A stretch of DNA of 53,537 nt from a virus (IMGVR_UViG_3300032050_000181:1-53537); one strand, 5' to 3'. Positions 17,798-27,616 are shown, numbered from the stretch's first letter. A program made the numbers and translations. The notes: generated by a model not told the origin, from the letters alone.

Positions 17798-18241
17798 TTA
17801 TCTCGTTATAATATAAACAAATCCAAATATTCCAATTGCAAACATAACAAATAAAATCCCGATGCAGATCATCAGTGTAATTTCTTCTTGCCTTTGCGCG
17901 GCTTCAATTTCAGCGCGTCGTCTTGCTTGCGCTGCTGCTAATTCCATCTGCGCATGCATTTTCTGAAACTTCACCCAATCATCCCATAATCCAGGGCGCC
18001 CAGCAATCAGCATATAGTCTTTGAGTTCTCTTTCCTTTCTTCGTACTTCTTCTAATGCGAAAAATTCTTCTAGTCGGCTACGCTCATTTGCAGGTGTTTC
18101 AATAACTTTCTTTTCTAACTTTCGTTTACCTTCAAAGAAACTTCCTAATTGACCTGCACACTCACCTAATTCTCTGCCGTTAGAGACAACCTCCTTGATA
18201 ACAGCATATGCAGCATTGATTGCTGCGAGTTCTGCTAACAT
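17798..18241 (-). CDS. helical protein with C-terminal TM anchor
   Basis: Coupled to the upstream gene by TAATG overlap; hydrophobic C-terminus. Confidence 0.8.
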   Translation of the reverse strand: MLAELAAINAAYAVIKEVVSNGRELGECAGQLGSFFEGKRKLEKKVIETPANERSRLEEFFALEEVRRKERELKDYMLIAGRPGLWDDWVKFQKMHAQMELAAAQARRRAEIEAAQRQEEITLMICIGILFVMFAIGIFGFVYIITR

Positions 18242-20814
18242 TACTTATACTGTTCTTCGATCATTTTTTTATAAGTGTCTGTGTTTCCTTTTTCAAGGAA
18301 GTAAGAGCCACGAACATTGTCCTTAATAATAACACCTTTGTAAATATCTTCTGGTTTATACCATACATTATTATCACGAATCATTGCAGTTCTGTAGGCG
18401 CTCACATCAGTATCTGCGCCCATAGCAGCAACAATACCAGATTGATCTGCGTCCATGTAGTTTTTATTAATTTCTTCCTGCTCTTTTGCATTTGCAGCAA
18501 CGACTTCATCTGCTCGCTTCTCGGCGTCAGACTTTTCTTCTTGCTTGTTATTTAATACACCAGCAACTTCAAGGTTTGTGACATTAGGTGCTAGATTAAA
18601 TGCATTTGCAAGAGCAGGGTCATTGGCAATCGTAATCTTTTCTTCTTCAGAGAAACCAGAGTTATTAATTTCTTCTTGTTTCTGATCGTTTGATGCGGCA
18701 ACGACTTGCTGGACAAACTCAAAGTCACCATCAGCTTTTTCTTCAATCACAGGCTTGATATCCATTTGCATAAGTTCAGCAAAGGTATCTGTTTGCTCGT
18801 TTGTTTGAGTTTCAGTAGCAGCAACCATTTCAATCTTCTCTTCCTGTGCTTGCTCAACTCCAGTATCAATGATTGTTGTTCCGCTTTCTATCTCATTTGC
18901 TGTTTCTGTTTGTGCAACAACCTGTTGCTCAGTTTCTGTTGTCATAGATCCAGTAGAAGAATCTTCAAATACAACCTGTTGAACTTCTCTTCTGCTGCCA
19001 TCATCAACTTCTTCTGTTTTATTGGCTGCAGCCATAGCAACATCTTCAACCATGGTTGTTTGACTACTATCTGCAGAAGCAACAACTGTTGTTTGTGTTT
19101 CACTAAAACTCATAGCAATTGATTCTGCTTGACTGACAGACTCAGCGGCTGACTGCTCTGTCTGACTCATTGTTGACGCAAGGGCTTCTCTACCCATCTG
19201 TCGTCCTGTTTCTAAAGTCTCAGAGGCAGAATCAGATGATTCCATCATTTCAGTTTTTTGTTCTTCTTCTTTGGATTCAATGCTTGTTGTTTCTTGGACA
19301 ACAAAAGATGAGGAAGATGATTGAGTTGTTGAAGTTCTTGTCGAACTTTCTGTTTGTGTTGTAGTTGCAGCAGAAGCGGATGCAGAAGAACCAGAGGCTG
19401 CAGCAGTTGCATCTGATGCAATGGCGAGAGCACCTTCTAGTGTATTCTTAGAGATTGCATCAGCAAGGATTGCTGCCTTTTCGTCATCTGACAATTCACG
19501 ATATGCCGCTACAACTGCAGGAAGGGATGGTTCAGAAGGATCTTCGGCAGTTTCTTCAGCAACTAACACTTCTTCCTCTTCTGATGCTTCTTCTTCAGAA
19601 CTATCAGCAAGCATTTCTTCTAAATTCTCATCAGCAGCATCGCCTGATTCTTCATCAGCAACTAATACTTCTTCCTCATCTTCAATCACTTCAGTACCAT
19701 CAGATGAGCCATCGTCTGAACCATCGTCAGAACCTGTCTCTTCAGATATGCCAGGGTCTGTTTCTTCAATAGATGCTAACACTTGCTCTGGATCAGAATA
19801 GTCAATAGTGCCATCATCAATACCAAGTGTGTCAATAATGCAACTTGGATCAAATGGATCTAATACACAATCCACAGTTGGTGGTTGTTCTTGAAAACTG
19901 TAATATGTTCCAGAGGTTGGAGTGCCTTCTGTATAAAGGAATAGATAATCTGAATCTGGTCTTTGTATAGAGGTAATCTTTAATGCTTCACCACCAGAAC
20001 TAACTGCAGTCCAACCAACTAGATCTTCACCCTTTGTGGCAAGCTGGCTAAACAATATAGGGTCGTTACCCTTAAAAATAAAAATGTAATCACTGCCAGG
20101 AGCACTGACATTCATACCAGCAAGACCGCCAGAAGTTGGCAATGGAGGTGGCATGTAATTAATCTGAAGCATTGCATTGTCAACGCTAGGACCGTATAAT
20201 CCACCCCAGAAGCCAGCATCGTTACCAGTAAATTCTAATCTTGCGCTCGTAAATAAAAAATCAGATTGCACATGGCTATACCAACCAAAATTTTGCCAAG
20301 CACTTTGCGCTTCTTGTCCAAGTAGACATAAACCAAGGATTTCAATACCACCGATGCAACCAATATTTGCTGTAGATGGTGTACCGCTTAATAATGTAAA
20401 AGAATTGTTTAATCCATTTGTATCATAGAACTTTAAAGTGACAGAAAATGGATCAATAGGACCATCAATGCTAGAGCAGGATCCACCAATAAAATTACGA
20501 CAAGAATTATTCAAATCAAATGAAAATATAAAATTAAATAGGTTTGTTTCGTATTGAGAAAGATCAATATCTTGATACAATGTCCCTTGAACATAACTAA
20601 ATGTGTATAGTTTTCCATCACCTGCTGGGACCCAATCACCAAGAGGAAACCCTGCTTCCTTCCATGCACCGCATGTTGGTGCACCAGACACACAGTTGTC
20701 CATTGTTGGATTTACAACAATATTTGGAACATTGACTGCATTGGTCCAATCTAGCTGCTGCGCATTAAGCGCAGCACTAGAGAGTAGCAATAATAGAGCG
20801 AGTAATCGCTTCAT
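18241..20814 (-). CDS. large secreted protein: Cys-containing lectin-like N-domain plus long acidic/Ser/Thr stalk
   Basis: Sec signal MKRLLALLLLLSSAALNA; FSY...YQDIDL...GNDAGFWGGLYGP resembles the FBA sugar-binding fold; very D/E-rich remainder. Confidence 0.75.
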   Translation of the reverse strand: MKRLLALLLLLSSAALNAQQLDWTNAVNVPNIVVNPTMDNCVSGAPTCGAWKEAGFPLGDWVPAGDGKLYTFSYVQGTLYQDIDLSQYETNLFNFIFSFDLNNSCRNFIGGSCSSIDGPIDPFSVTLKFYDTNGLNNSFTLLSGTPSTANIGCIGGIEILGLCLLGQEAQSAWQNFGWYSHVQSDFLFTSARLEFTGNDAGFWGGLYGPSVDNAMLQINYMPPPLPTSGGLAGMNVSAPGSDYIFIFKGNDPILFSQLATKGEDLVGWTAVSSGGEALKITSIQRPDSDYLFLYTEGTPTSGTYYSFQEQPPTVDCVLDPFDPSCIIDTLGIDDGTIDYSDPEQVLASIEETDPGISEETGSDDGSDDGSSDGTEVIEDEEEVLVADEESGDAADENLEEMLADSSEEEASEEEEVLVAEETAEDPSEPSLPAVVAAYRELSDDEKAAILADAISKNTLEGALAIASDATAAASGSSASASAATTTQTESSTRTSTTQSSSSSFVVQETTSIESKEEEQKTEMMESSDSASETLETGRQMGREALASTMSQTEQSAAESVSQAESIAMSFSETQTTVVASADSSQTTMVEDVAMAAANKTEEVDDGSRREVQQVVFEDSSTGSMTTETEQQVVAQTETANEIESGTTIIDTGVEQAQEEKIEMVAATETQTNEQTDTFAELMQMDIKPVIEEKADGDFEFVQQVVAASNDQKQEEINNSGFSEEEKITIANDPALANAFNLAPNVTNLEVAGVLNNKQEEKSDAEKRADEVVAANAKEQEEINKNYMDADQSGIVAAMGADTDVSAYRTAMIRDNNVWYKPEDIYKGVIIKDNVRGSYFLEKGNTDTYKKMIEEQYK

Positions 20815-22382
20815 TATTCACCAGCTGGTTTTGCTACTGGAAGATCTTCAGTTGTATCTTTTTTCCAAACTTCCCACCATCTCTTACGGAAGTCTGGTCT
20901 TTCTTCTTTGTTAGCAGCCCACTGTTCGTTGGCTTCTTTACCAATCTTACCCATATACGGGCAAGGTGTGCCAGCCATTTCCATAGCCTTAAACACGCGC
21001 TCGTCTTGGCACATCATTGATACAGCAGCAACTTTCATACCCATGTCATATAGAGTCTTGGAAAGTTTTAATCTTTCGCAATTCATATCGCGAACTGCCT
21101 TACCAGCAGATAGACCAATGACCTGTGTTTGAACGGCACCTGAGACGCCACTGACGCAGACATCCTGGCTATATGTTGAGATCATAGGCGCGATAGCACT
21201 AGCAGGTGGTGCCTTAATCTCTTGTTCTACCTTTGTAATGTTTTCGTTACGATTGATGTTCGTATTTGTATTCTCAGTCTTTACATTGCTTTGGCTTGTG
21301 CTTTCAGACTTATTGACATTTTCGTTCTTATTTACAGCCGTTGAAGTGCTTACATTGACATTGTTATTATTGTTTGTATTTACGCTAGTGCTATCGTTTT
21401 TATTAACATTAGTATTTGTGGAAACACTGTTGTTATTGTTATTATTTGTGTTTACACTTGTTGAGTTATTGTTGTTTGTGTTAACATTGTTTGAGTTAAT
21501 CGTTGTATCGTTCTTATTGTTATTATTATAAGTGACTTCACCAGACATGTTGTTATTATTGTTATTCGTGTTGGTAGAAGTGCTCACATTATTATTAAAG
21601 TTTGTGTTTGTAGACACAGAGTTATTGTTATTATTATTCGTGTTCACGCTCGTAGATGTGTTCACATTGTTATTATTATTCGTGTTCACGCTGGTTGAAG
21701 TATTCACATTGTTGTTGTTATTTGTGTTTACGCTCGTTGTCGTATTCACATTATTATTGTTATTCGTCGAAGTCGTATTATTCGTATTCTGATTGATATT
21801 TGTCAAAGTACCAGACTGAATGTTGTTATTTGTATTCACATTCGTATTGGTATTTGTATTCGTAGAGGTGCTGGTGCTAACATTATTGTTGTTGTTATTA
21901 TTCGTTAAAGTACCAGACTGAATGTTGTTATTTGTATTCACATTCGTATTGGTATTTGTACTATTAACGGTAGAGGTGTTAATGTTAGTGTTGGTATTAT
22001 CACTAGTTGTAGTGTTATTGTTATTATAGTTTACCGTACCACTGTTAATATTATTATTCGTATTTACATTGGTATTGGTATTTGTAGAGGTCGAAGTCGA
22101 AGTGTTTGTGTTCACATTCGTATTCGTATTATCAGAAGTCGAAGTAGAGGTCGAAGTGTTCGTATTCTGATTAATATTCGTTGCAGTACCAGATTGAATG
22201 TTATTATTCGTATTTACATTCGTGTTGGTATTGTCCGAAGTCGATGTGGAGGTCGAAGTCGAAGTTGAAGTAGATGTTGTATTAACATCTGAGGTCGTAT
22301 TGACCGTAGAAACTGTAGTTGTCTGGGCGAATGCCTGTGCTGCGCCGACTGCGAATAGTAGCGCAAAAAGTAACTTTCTCAT
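20814..22382 (-). CDS. secreted Asn/Thr-rich repeat protein with 4-Cys C-terminal domain
   Basis: Sec signal ending AQAFA; about 370 aa dominated by N/T/S/V; C-terminal SAIAP...C...CERLK...CQD...TPCP. Confidence 0.85.
   Translation of the reverse strand: MRKLLFALLFAVGAAQAFAQTTTVSTVNTTSDVNTTSTSTSTSTSTSTSDNTNTNVNTNNNIQSGTATNINQNTNTSTSTSTSDNTNTNVNTNTSTSTSTNTNTNVNTNNNINSGTVNYNNNNTTTSDNTNTNINTSTVNSTNTNTNVNTNNNIQSGTLTNNNNNNNVSTSTSTNTNTNTNVNTNNNIQSGTLTNINQNTNNTTSTNNNNNVNTTTSVNTNNNNNVNTSTSVNTNNNNNVNTSTSVNTNNNNNNSVSTNTNFNNNVSTSTNTNNNNNNMSGEVTYNNNNKNDTTINSNNVNTNNNNSTSVNTNNNNNNSVSTNTNVNKNDSTSVNTNNNNNVNVSTSTAVNKNENVNKSESTSQSNVKTENTNTNINRNENITKVEQEIKAPPASAIAPMISTYSQDVCVSGVSGAVQTQVIGLSAGKAVRDMNCERLKLSKTLYDMGMKVAAVSMMCQDERVFKAMEMAGTPCPYMGKIGKEANEQWAANKEERPDFRKRWWEVWKKDTTEDLPVAKPAGE
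21250..22320 (-). repeat. low-complexity coding repeats (NTNTNVNTNNNI[Q/N]SG x4; TSVNTNNNNN units)
   Basis: Includes an exact 54-bp direct repeat at 21805-21858 and 21907-21960. Confidence 0.9.
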
Positions 22383-22390
22383 TTTCTCTC

Positions 22391-22462
22391 CTGACTTTTA
22401 TGTCTTTTAGTATAACAAAAACATAAATTATAGTTTCTGCACTCGGAAACTATGTAAATCAG
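22391..22462 (-). promoter_or_regulatory. candidate structured 5' leader (three-way junction) abutting the SD
   Basis: CUGAUUU/AAGUCAG closing stem enclosing AUAGUUUC/GAAACUAU and UUUAUGUUUUU/AAAGACAUAAA hairpins. Confidence 0.45.
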
Positions 22463-22497
22463 CAGTTAAATGACAAACGTCAATTCTTTAGTAATTA

Positions 22498-22564
22498 TAC
22501 CTATTTATAATGCCAACGGTTTTCCGTCGCTTTATTTTAAGATGCAAAAAACGTACCTATTTAT
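22498..22564 (-). promoter_or_regulatory. tandem T4-type late promoters
   Basis: TATAAATA at 22502-22509 and GATAAATA near 22558-22565; ATAAATAGGTA repeated exactly at 22498-22508 and 22554-22564. Confidence 0.7.
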
Positions 22565-25500
22565 CCTTAAACTTCGCAGTTGGTGCAGTGAAGTTGGCTG
22601 TGTAACGAGCATAACCTTTGGTGATGCGAAGATCGTCGATGTAACCACTAAAATCGTTTGTAAGAGTTGACAACTGCTCACCGATACATAAACGGTTAGT
22701 ATTAGTGAGATTAGTTGAATCAGTTGCAGAAGCGACTTGTGTGCCATCAATAAACAATCTATTCGTTGATCCAGAGCGAGTGACAGCGATATGATACCAA
22801 GTATTTGTTGTGATTCTAGAAGTAGAAGGGTCTTGCAATAATATAGTGCTAGCGCCAACTAAGAATGTTATTGATGTTCCTATTGATCTCCAATATAGCT
22901 GCCAACTATTTGCATTTCCAGATACCCATTTATCTAACAGTACTCTATTTGTACTTAACGCTGAGAAATTAATCCACAATTCTATAGTAAAATCGCCAGT
23001 ACCAAAATCTAAATTAGGAGATGATGGGATTGTAATATTGTCACCAGTTCCATCAAAGGCAATCGAACCACTACCATACTTGTACTGTGCAGTGCTGACT
23101 TTTGCATCACCAACTGTTTCAAAAACATTCTTCGCTGTTTGATCAAAGATTCCAGCGTTGGTGAAGTTACACAACAAGGATGTGTTAGCGATGTTCGTAA
23201 ATGGTGCTGATGGTGGAATGAATGGATTGGTGTAGAGAGCAGTACCTTTCACTATACGAAGTCCAGATAGATATCCATTTAAATAATATCCTCCTGTGCG
23301 GTGAGAACCAATTGTCAATGCATGAGTACTGTTCATCAATGCCGCAGAAAGTGTTGACGTTCCTGTCAACGCACCATTATTAAAATATCTAATTGTGCTG
23401 CCACTTCGCGTGACAGCAAAATGATACCACCTACCAACAGTGATATTTGGTATTACAGACGCATTAAGCACACCCCAAGATGATCCATCAGCGGAAGCCG
23501 TAAATACTAAACCGCCGCTGCTAGTATATAGAATATAAGGTGAAAATGTTGATGCCGCATCCCATCCTTTGGATACAATTACTTGGCTATCAGCAGCAGA
23601 ATTAAAATAGACCCAACCTTCAATTGTAAAATCAGTAAATGCATCTAAAGCAACATCATCAGCGATACTCAAATAATCTCCAGTGCCATCAAAATATGCA
23701 CTACCACCAACATTCGCTGTTGAATATGCAATGTTTGCATTAAAAGTTTGCCCAAACGGATTAAACGTTCTTGGTATTGCATCACCATTGCGCGTGATCG
23801 TGAATGCGTTGGTACTGTTGTCAATCAATGTTGCAGATTGACATGTAAGTAATGCCGTATTGGCATCTGAAGTAAATTGTGTTGTTGATGGCGTAAAATT
23901 GGCTGTATATCTTGCACTATTTGAAACTCTTAAATTAGAAATATATCCTGGCCAATTTTCATTACCTGAACTCCAAGAACCAATATATCCCGTTGATCCA
24001 CTAAATGCTGTACTAGTAGTTGTATCTAAAACCTTTGTTCCACCAATAAAACCAAACACATTAGAAGATTGTTGAACAACTGCAACATGAACCCATGTAT
24101 TTTGAACCAAATTTGTTGCAGCCGTTGTTGCAGAAAAACCATAAAAACGAAGTTTCCCTGCATCTAATAACATTCCCATACCAGTATTGGTTATAAAAAT
24201 ATCATGAAAGCCAGAGTGATTTCCTGTATAATATACCCATGCTTCAATTGTTAATGGTCCAGTTCCTATAGAAGATAATGTTGATCCAGCATTGTAAGTT
24301 AGATAGTCTCCAGTTCCATCAAAAAACACGCTATGACTGTTTGAACTTAAGAGACCAGATGAGAATGGCGAGAACGATTGAACAGACACATCACCAGCGC
24401 GTGTAATTGTAAAACTATTTGGTCCTTCGTCAACAAAACGATTTGATTGTAATACAAGTAATTGTGTATTTGCAATAGGAGTTAGTGGTGCAGTTGGAGG
24501 AGTAAACGCTGCAGTATAGACGGCAGTTCCTTTCACAATACGAACATTTGACATGTAACCAGTTATTACACCTGCTCCTGGGCTAGTTGCACTCGAACTT
24601 ATATGAAGCGCAGCAGTGCTTCCCGCTATATTAGTGCTATCCGTTACTGTGGTTTCTAATACACCATTAATAAACAATCTTAAATTAGTTCCACTTCTTG
24701 ACACTGCAAGGTGATTCCATTTATTTGCAGAAACAGTATTTGCTGAATATGCTTTAAACGAACCTTCAGACCAAAATGCAACTCTATTATTTGCTAAAAC
24801 TTCAAACGAACTACCGTCGCTAGCATTATATTGTCCTACCAAAATTACGTTAGTGCCGATTGATGTTTGATATGTCCAGCATTCTATTGTAAAATCGCCA
24901 GTTCCGTAATCCCATGCAGCGTTATCTGGTACAGTTATATAATCACCAGTTCCATCAAAATATCCTGACCACCCAGTTTGACTAAATGGCGAATAACTTC
25001 CTTGAGTTGCATTACCATTTCTTGTAATCGTAAAGTTATTATTGCTTGAATCTAAGAACGTATGATTGTTTTGATTATTCGCACCATCAGCATGAATCAA
25101 CAGAACATTATTGGCAAACAATACACCCTCGCCCGTCGTAGCAGTAAGGCTAAATGCTCTTGAGGAACTTTGATTTTGAGCATCTATTGCATTCACAGTA
25201 AAGTTATAAGTCGTATCAGTTTCTGGTGGTGTTGTGATCGTGCCACTGATAACGCCATTTGACGCAAGTGTGATGCCGCCTGGCAATGAACTACCAGCAG
25301 CCAATGCATAAGTCAATGGTGCATCACCAGTTGCGGATAAAGAAATATTAAATGTGCCAGTTGCATCTTGTTCAGCTAAAGTCGCACCAGTTACCCATGT
25401 TGGTTCGCCAGATACCTGCAATCCAGGAATTAATATTGCAGTCGCACCATCTTCTGGATTAATCACATAAACAGGATATGTTGCAGAAGAAAGAGCAGGA

Positions 25501-25772
25501 CCAGTAAATGATAAATTGCTTGCGCTGATATAAGAAACGGAAGGAACGTTATTGCCGTTAATAAAAACAGTTGAGTTTGATTTAAAACCCGAGCCTGTGA
25601 TATAGAGAGTTTGACCGCCATTCGTATTTGCAGCAGTATCATCATCAGGATAAATGATCGTTGAGATTTTAGGACCACCACCAGCCGAAATAGTCGTATT
25701 TAACGCAGAGGAAATTTGCGTTGTGCTAATTGTTCCTGACTGAATTGCACCACCTGATAGTTTACCTGCCAT
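22557..25772 (-). CDS. virion fibre/adhesin: IPT/TIG and Ig-like domains plus four LamG/concanavalin-like repeats
   Basis: Four FDGTGD...(F/L)TIE.W...W.H.AV...GY.S/D.LR units; SLPGGITL Ig motif. Confidence 0.85.
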   Translation of the reverse strand: MAGKLSGGAIQSGTISTTQISSALNTTISAGGGPKISTIIYPDDDTAANTNGGQTLYITGSGFKSNSTVFINGNNVPSVSYISASNLSFTGPALSSATYPVYVINPEDGATAILIPGLQVSGEPTWVTGATLAEQDATGTFNISLSATGDAPLTYALAAGSSLPGGITLASNGVISGTITTPPETDTTYNFTVNAIDAQNQSSSRAFSLTATTGEGVLFANNVLLIHADGANNQNNHTFLDSSNNNFTITRNGNATQGSYSPFSQTGWSGYFDGTGDYITVPDNAAWDYGTGDFTIECWTYQTSIGTNVILVGQYNASDGSSFEVLANNRVAFWSEGSFKAYSANTVSANKWNHLAVSRSGTNLRLFINGVLETTVTDSTNIAGSTAALHISSSATSPGAGVITGYMSNVRIVKGTAVYTAAFTPPTAPLTPIANTQLLVLQSNRFVDEGPNSFTITRAGDVSVQSFSPFSSGLLSSNSHSVFFDGTGDYLTYNAGSTLSSIGTGPLTIEAWVYYTGNHSGFHDIFITNTGMGMLLDAGKLRFYGFSATTAATNLVQNTWVHVAVVQQSSNVFGFIGGTKVLDTTTSTAFSGSTGYIGSWSSGNENWPGYISNLRVSNSARYTANFTPSTTQFTSDANTALLTCQSATLIDNSTNAFTITRNGDAIPRTFNPFGQTFNANIAYSTANVGGSAYFDGTGDYLSIADDVALDAFTDFTIEGWVYFNSAADSQVIVSKGWDAASTFSPYILYTSSGGLVFTASADGSSWGVLNASVIPNITVGRWYHFAVTRSGSTIRYFNNGALTGTSTLSAALMNSTHALTIGSHRTGGYYLNGYLSGLRIVKGTALYTNPFIPPSAPFTNIANTSLLCNFTNAGIFDQTAKNVFETVGDAKVSTAQYKYGSGSIAFDGTGDNITIPSSPNLDFGTGDFTIELWINFSALSTNRVLLDKWVSGNANSWQLYWRSIGTSITFLVGASTILLQDPSTSRITTNTWYHIAVTRSGSTNRLFIDGTQVASATDSTNLTNTNRLCIGEQLSTLTNDFSGYIDDLRITKGYARYTANFTAPTAKFKDK

Positions 25773-25780
25773 TTGAGCCT

Positions 25781-26152
25781 CTAATAATTTGTAACTGATA
25801 AGCCTGGAGCGCGAACTCCAAATGCACCAGTTTCTGGATTAATTACATATACCAAGTACGTTCCAACAGAAAGCGCAGGAGTCGTAAATTGCACATTGCT
25901 TGAACTTATATAAGTGACCGAAGGTGCTACTGTTGTGTTTATATAAACAGATGCGTTTGATGCAAAGTTTGAACCCAAGAGCGTAATCGTTTGACCGCCT
26001 GATGCTCTTGCTGAACTATTTGCCCCAAAATAAATTAAATTGCTCACTTTAGGACCACCAGAAGAAGTTATCTGCGTGTTGAGACTGGAGTCAAGCTTGC
26101 TTAACTCGATCGTTCCTGCTTCAATTGCACCACCAGATAACTTGCCTGCCAT
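25781..26152 (-). CDS. IPT/TIG-domain protein, paralog of the LamG protein N-terminus
   Basis: Shares MAGKLSGGAI, GGPK, GGQT, PSV.YIS.SN and VYVINPE. Confidence 0.8.
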   Translation of the reverse strand: MAGKLSGGAIEAGTIELSKLDSSLNTQITSSGGPKVSNLIYFGANSSARASGGQTITLLGSNFASNASVYINTTVAPSVTYISSSNVQFTTPALSVGTYLVYVINPETGAFGVRAPGLSVTNY

Positions 26153-26174
26153 TTAATCTTCCTTTGTTTTTTGA

Positions 26175-26181
26175 TATTTAT
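26175..26181 (-). promoter_or_regulatory. T4-type late promoter (ATAAATA)
   Basis: Intergenic match upstream of an AAGGAAG SD and the IPT gene. Confidence 0.5.
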
Positions 26182-26185
26182 TTTA

Positions 26186-27616
26186 CTAATAAATCTCGCG
26201 CCACTGCAAGGCTGCACCGACTGATGCAATCTGATTTCCTGCTGTGGTAATTGTTCTAACCACGATTACATAAACTTCTGAATCTGTTGAGTCGAAGTTC
26301 TGCACAATGATATTTTTCTTTGCTGCAGTCAATGCGCCTGATGCAACTGGAGAAAGGGAGTTCTGAGATGCGCCAGCAGGTACGAATCCTGTAGCAAATG
26401 ACTCACCATTAGTAATGGTATCTGCATTGATACAATATTCCACACCGCTTGATGGTGAAGCAGAAGTCCAAACAAGAGCACCAGTATTATTAGCCAAATA
26501 TGATGAATTTGCAAGTTTACGAATTTCGTAGACGATACTATTTGTTTCAGTATGCAGAGCAATTTGATTTAAACGAACGCTGATTCGATTTGGAAATCCT
26601 TGGAAAGTATTTTTAAGTCGAATTGCAATTAATGGAAGTTCAGTTGCCGAAGGTGTTGCGGTTGATCGATTATTTGCAGTGATTGCAAAATCAATACCTG
26701 ATTCAATATAACCGCCTTCGCTGGCAACGGTAGAACAAATCTGTTCCATTACTCCACCAGTTCCTGGTCCTGTGTTTCTAATCTCACAGCGAACTGGAAG
26801 GTTTGGATTTGCGATATAAACTTCGTCTAGAACATTTGAGTGGAGATATTCGTGAGCAATAATCACTTTACCATCATGAACAAATCCGCAACGAACACGA
26901 CCAACACCCAGCCATTGAAAGTCTGTATAGGTTAATTGAGTTTTGGTGATGTCTAGATTAAATCCACTCAATCCTGTTCCATCGCATTTATCTACATTCC
27001 AATCTGATTGTGGAACACGACGCTGGTAAGTATAAGGCACACCATTAATTGTTGTAACTACATTGGATTCATTTGCTGTATTGCCAGTATATGAGCGAAT
27101 AACCCAGTTGAGCGTCTGTGTTGTATTTGCGACTAAATTTCCATTTGCCGTATCACTACCCACTTGTTCGAAGTAGATACCATCGCGATCATCGAAATAT
27201 CCAGTTCTTTTCGTTACATTTCGATCTGGTGCACCAAAATTGAAAGAAGAAAAGATTAATTGACTCTTTCCTGGTTGATAGTGGTGATAAAATTTAGTCT
27301 GGTGAATTGCATAAGCAGAAGAATTACTATTTGTAGAGAGTGTTGCTTGTGCTTTATTCATCTCAAATGTAACTGAGCCATTTGAAGTGACATCCAAAAA
27401 GTTTGGATCGATTGCAAAGAGATGCTTATAATCGCCGAGTGTGAACAATTCAGAAACACGAGTACGACCAAACGCATCTGGTGAAATGCCATTAATTGTG
27501 AGTGGCGTTTCTGAAGAATTAACAGTCACATTACCAGTAACAGGTAATGGATTACTTGTAGAAACCACAATACTATTATTTTGTGGGTTTACATTTTTAT
27601 TAAACAAATATGTCAT
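26186..27616 (-). CDS. putative virion structural protein (beta-rich)
   Basis: DAFGRTRVS, YQPGKS and FQWLGVGRVR motifs; lies within the fibre cluster. Confidence 0.65.
   Translation of the reverse strand: MTYLFNKNVNPQNNSIVVSTSNPLPVTGNVTVNSSETPLTINGISPDAFGRTRVSELFTLGDYKHLFAIDPNFLDVTSNGSVTFEMNKAQATLSTNSNSSAYAIHQTKFYHHYQPGKSQLIFSSFNFGAPDRNVTKRTGYFDDRDGIYFEQVGSDTANGNLVANTTQTLNWVIRSYTGNTANESNVVTTINGVPYTYQRRVPQSDWNVDKCDGTGLSGFNLDITKTQLTYTDFQWLGVGRVRCGFVHDGKVIIAHEYLHSNVLDEVYIANPNLPVRCEIRNTGPGTGGVMEQICSTVASEGGYIESGIDFAITANNRSTATPSATELPLIAIRLKNTFQGFPNRISVRLNQIALHTETNSIVYEIRKLANSSYLANNTGALVWTSASPSSGVEYCINADTITNGESFATGFVPAGASQNSLSPVASGALTAAKKNIIVQNFDSTDSEVYVIVVRTITTAGNQIASVGAALQWREIY

Noticed and set aside
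21250-22320. Possible CRISPR array or diversity-generating retroelement repeats
   Set aside because: The repeats are in-frame coding units with no unique spacers, no adenine-specific variation, and no cas or RT gene in the window
21238-22410. Plus-strand Leu/Val/Phe-rich ORFs that look like membrane proteins
   Set aside because: They are antisense shadows of the Asn/Thr codons of the real minus-strand gene
22391-22462. Possible hammerhead ribozyme (CUGA and GAAAC in a three-way junction)
   Set aside because: CUGA is followed by UUU rather than NGA, and both motifs lie inside stems
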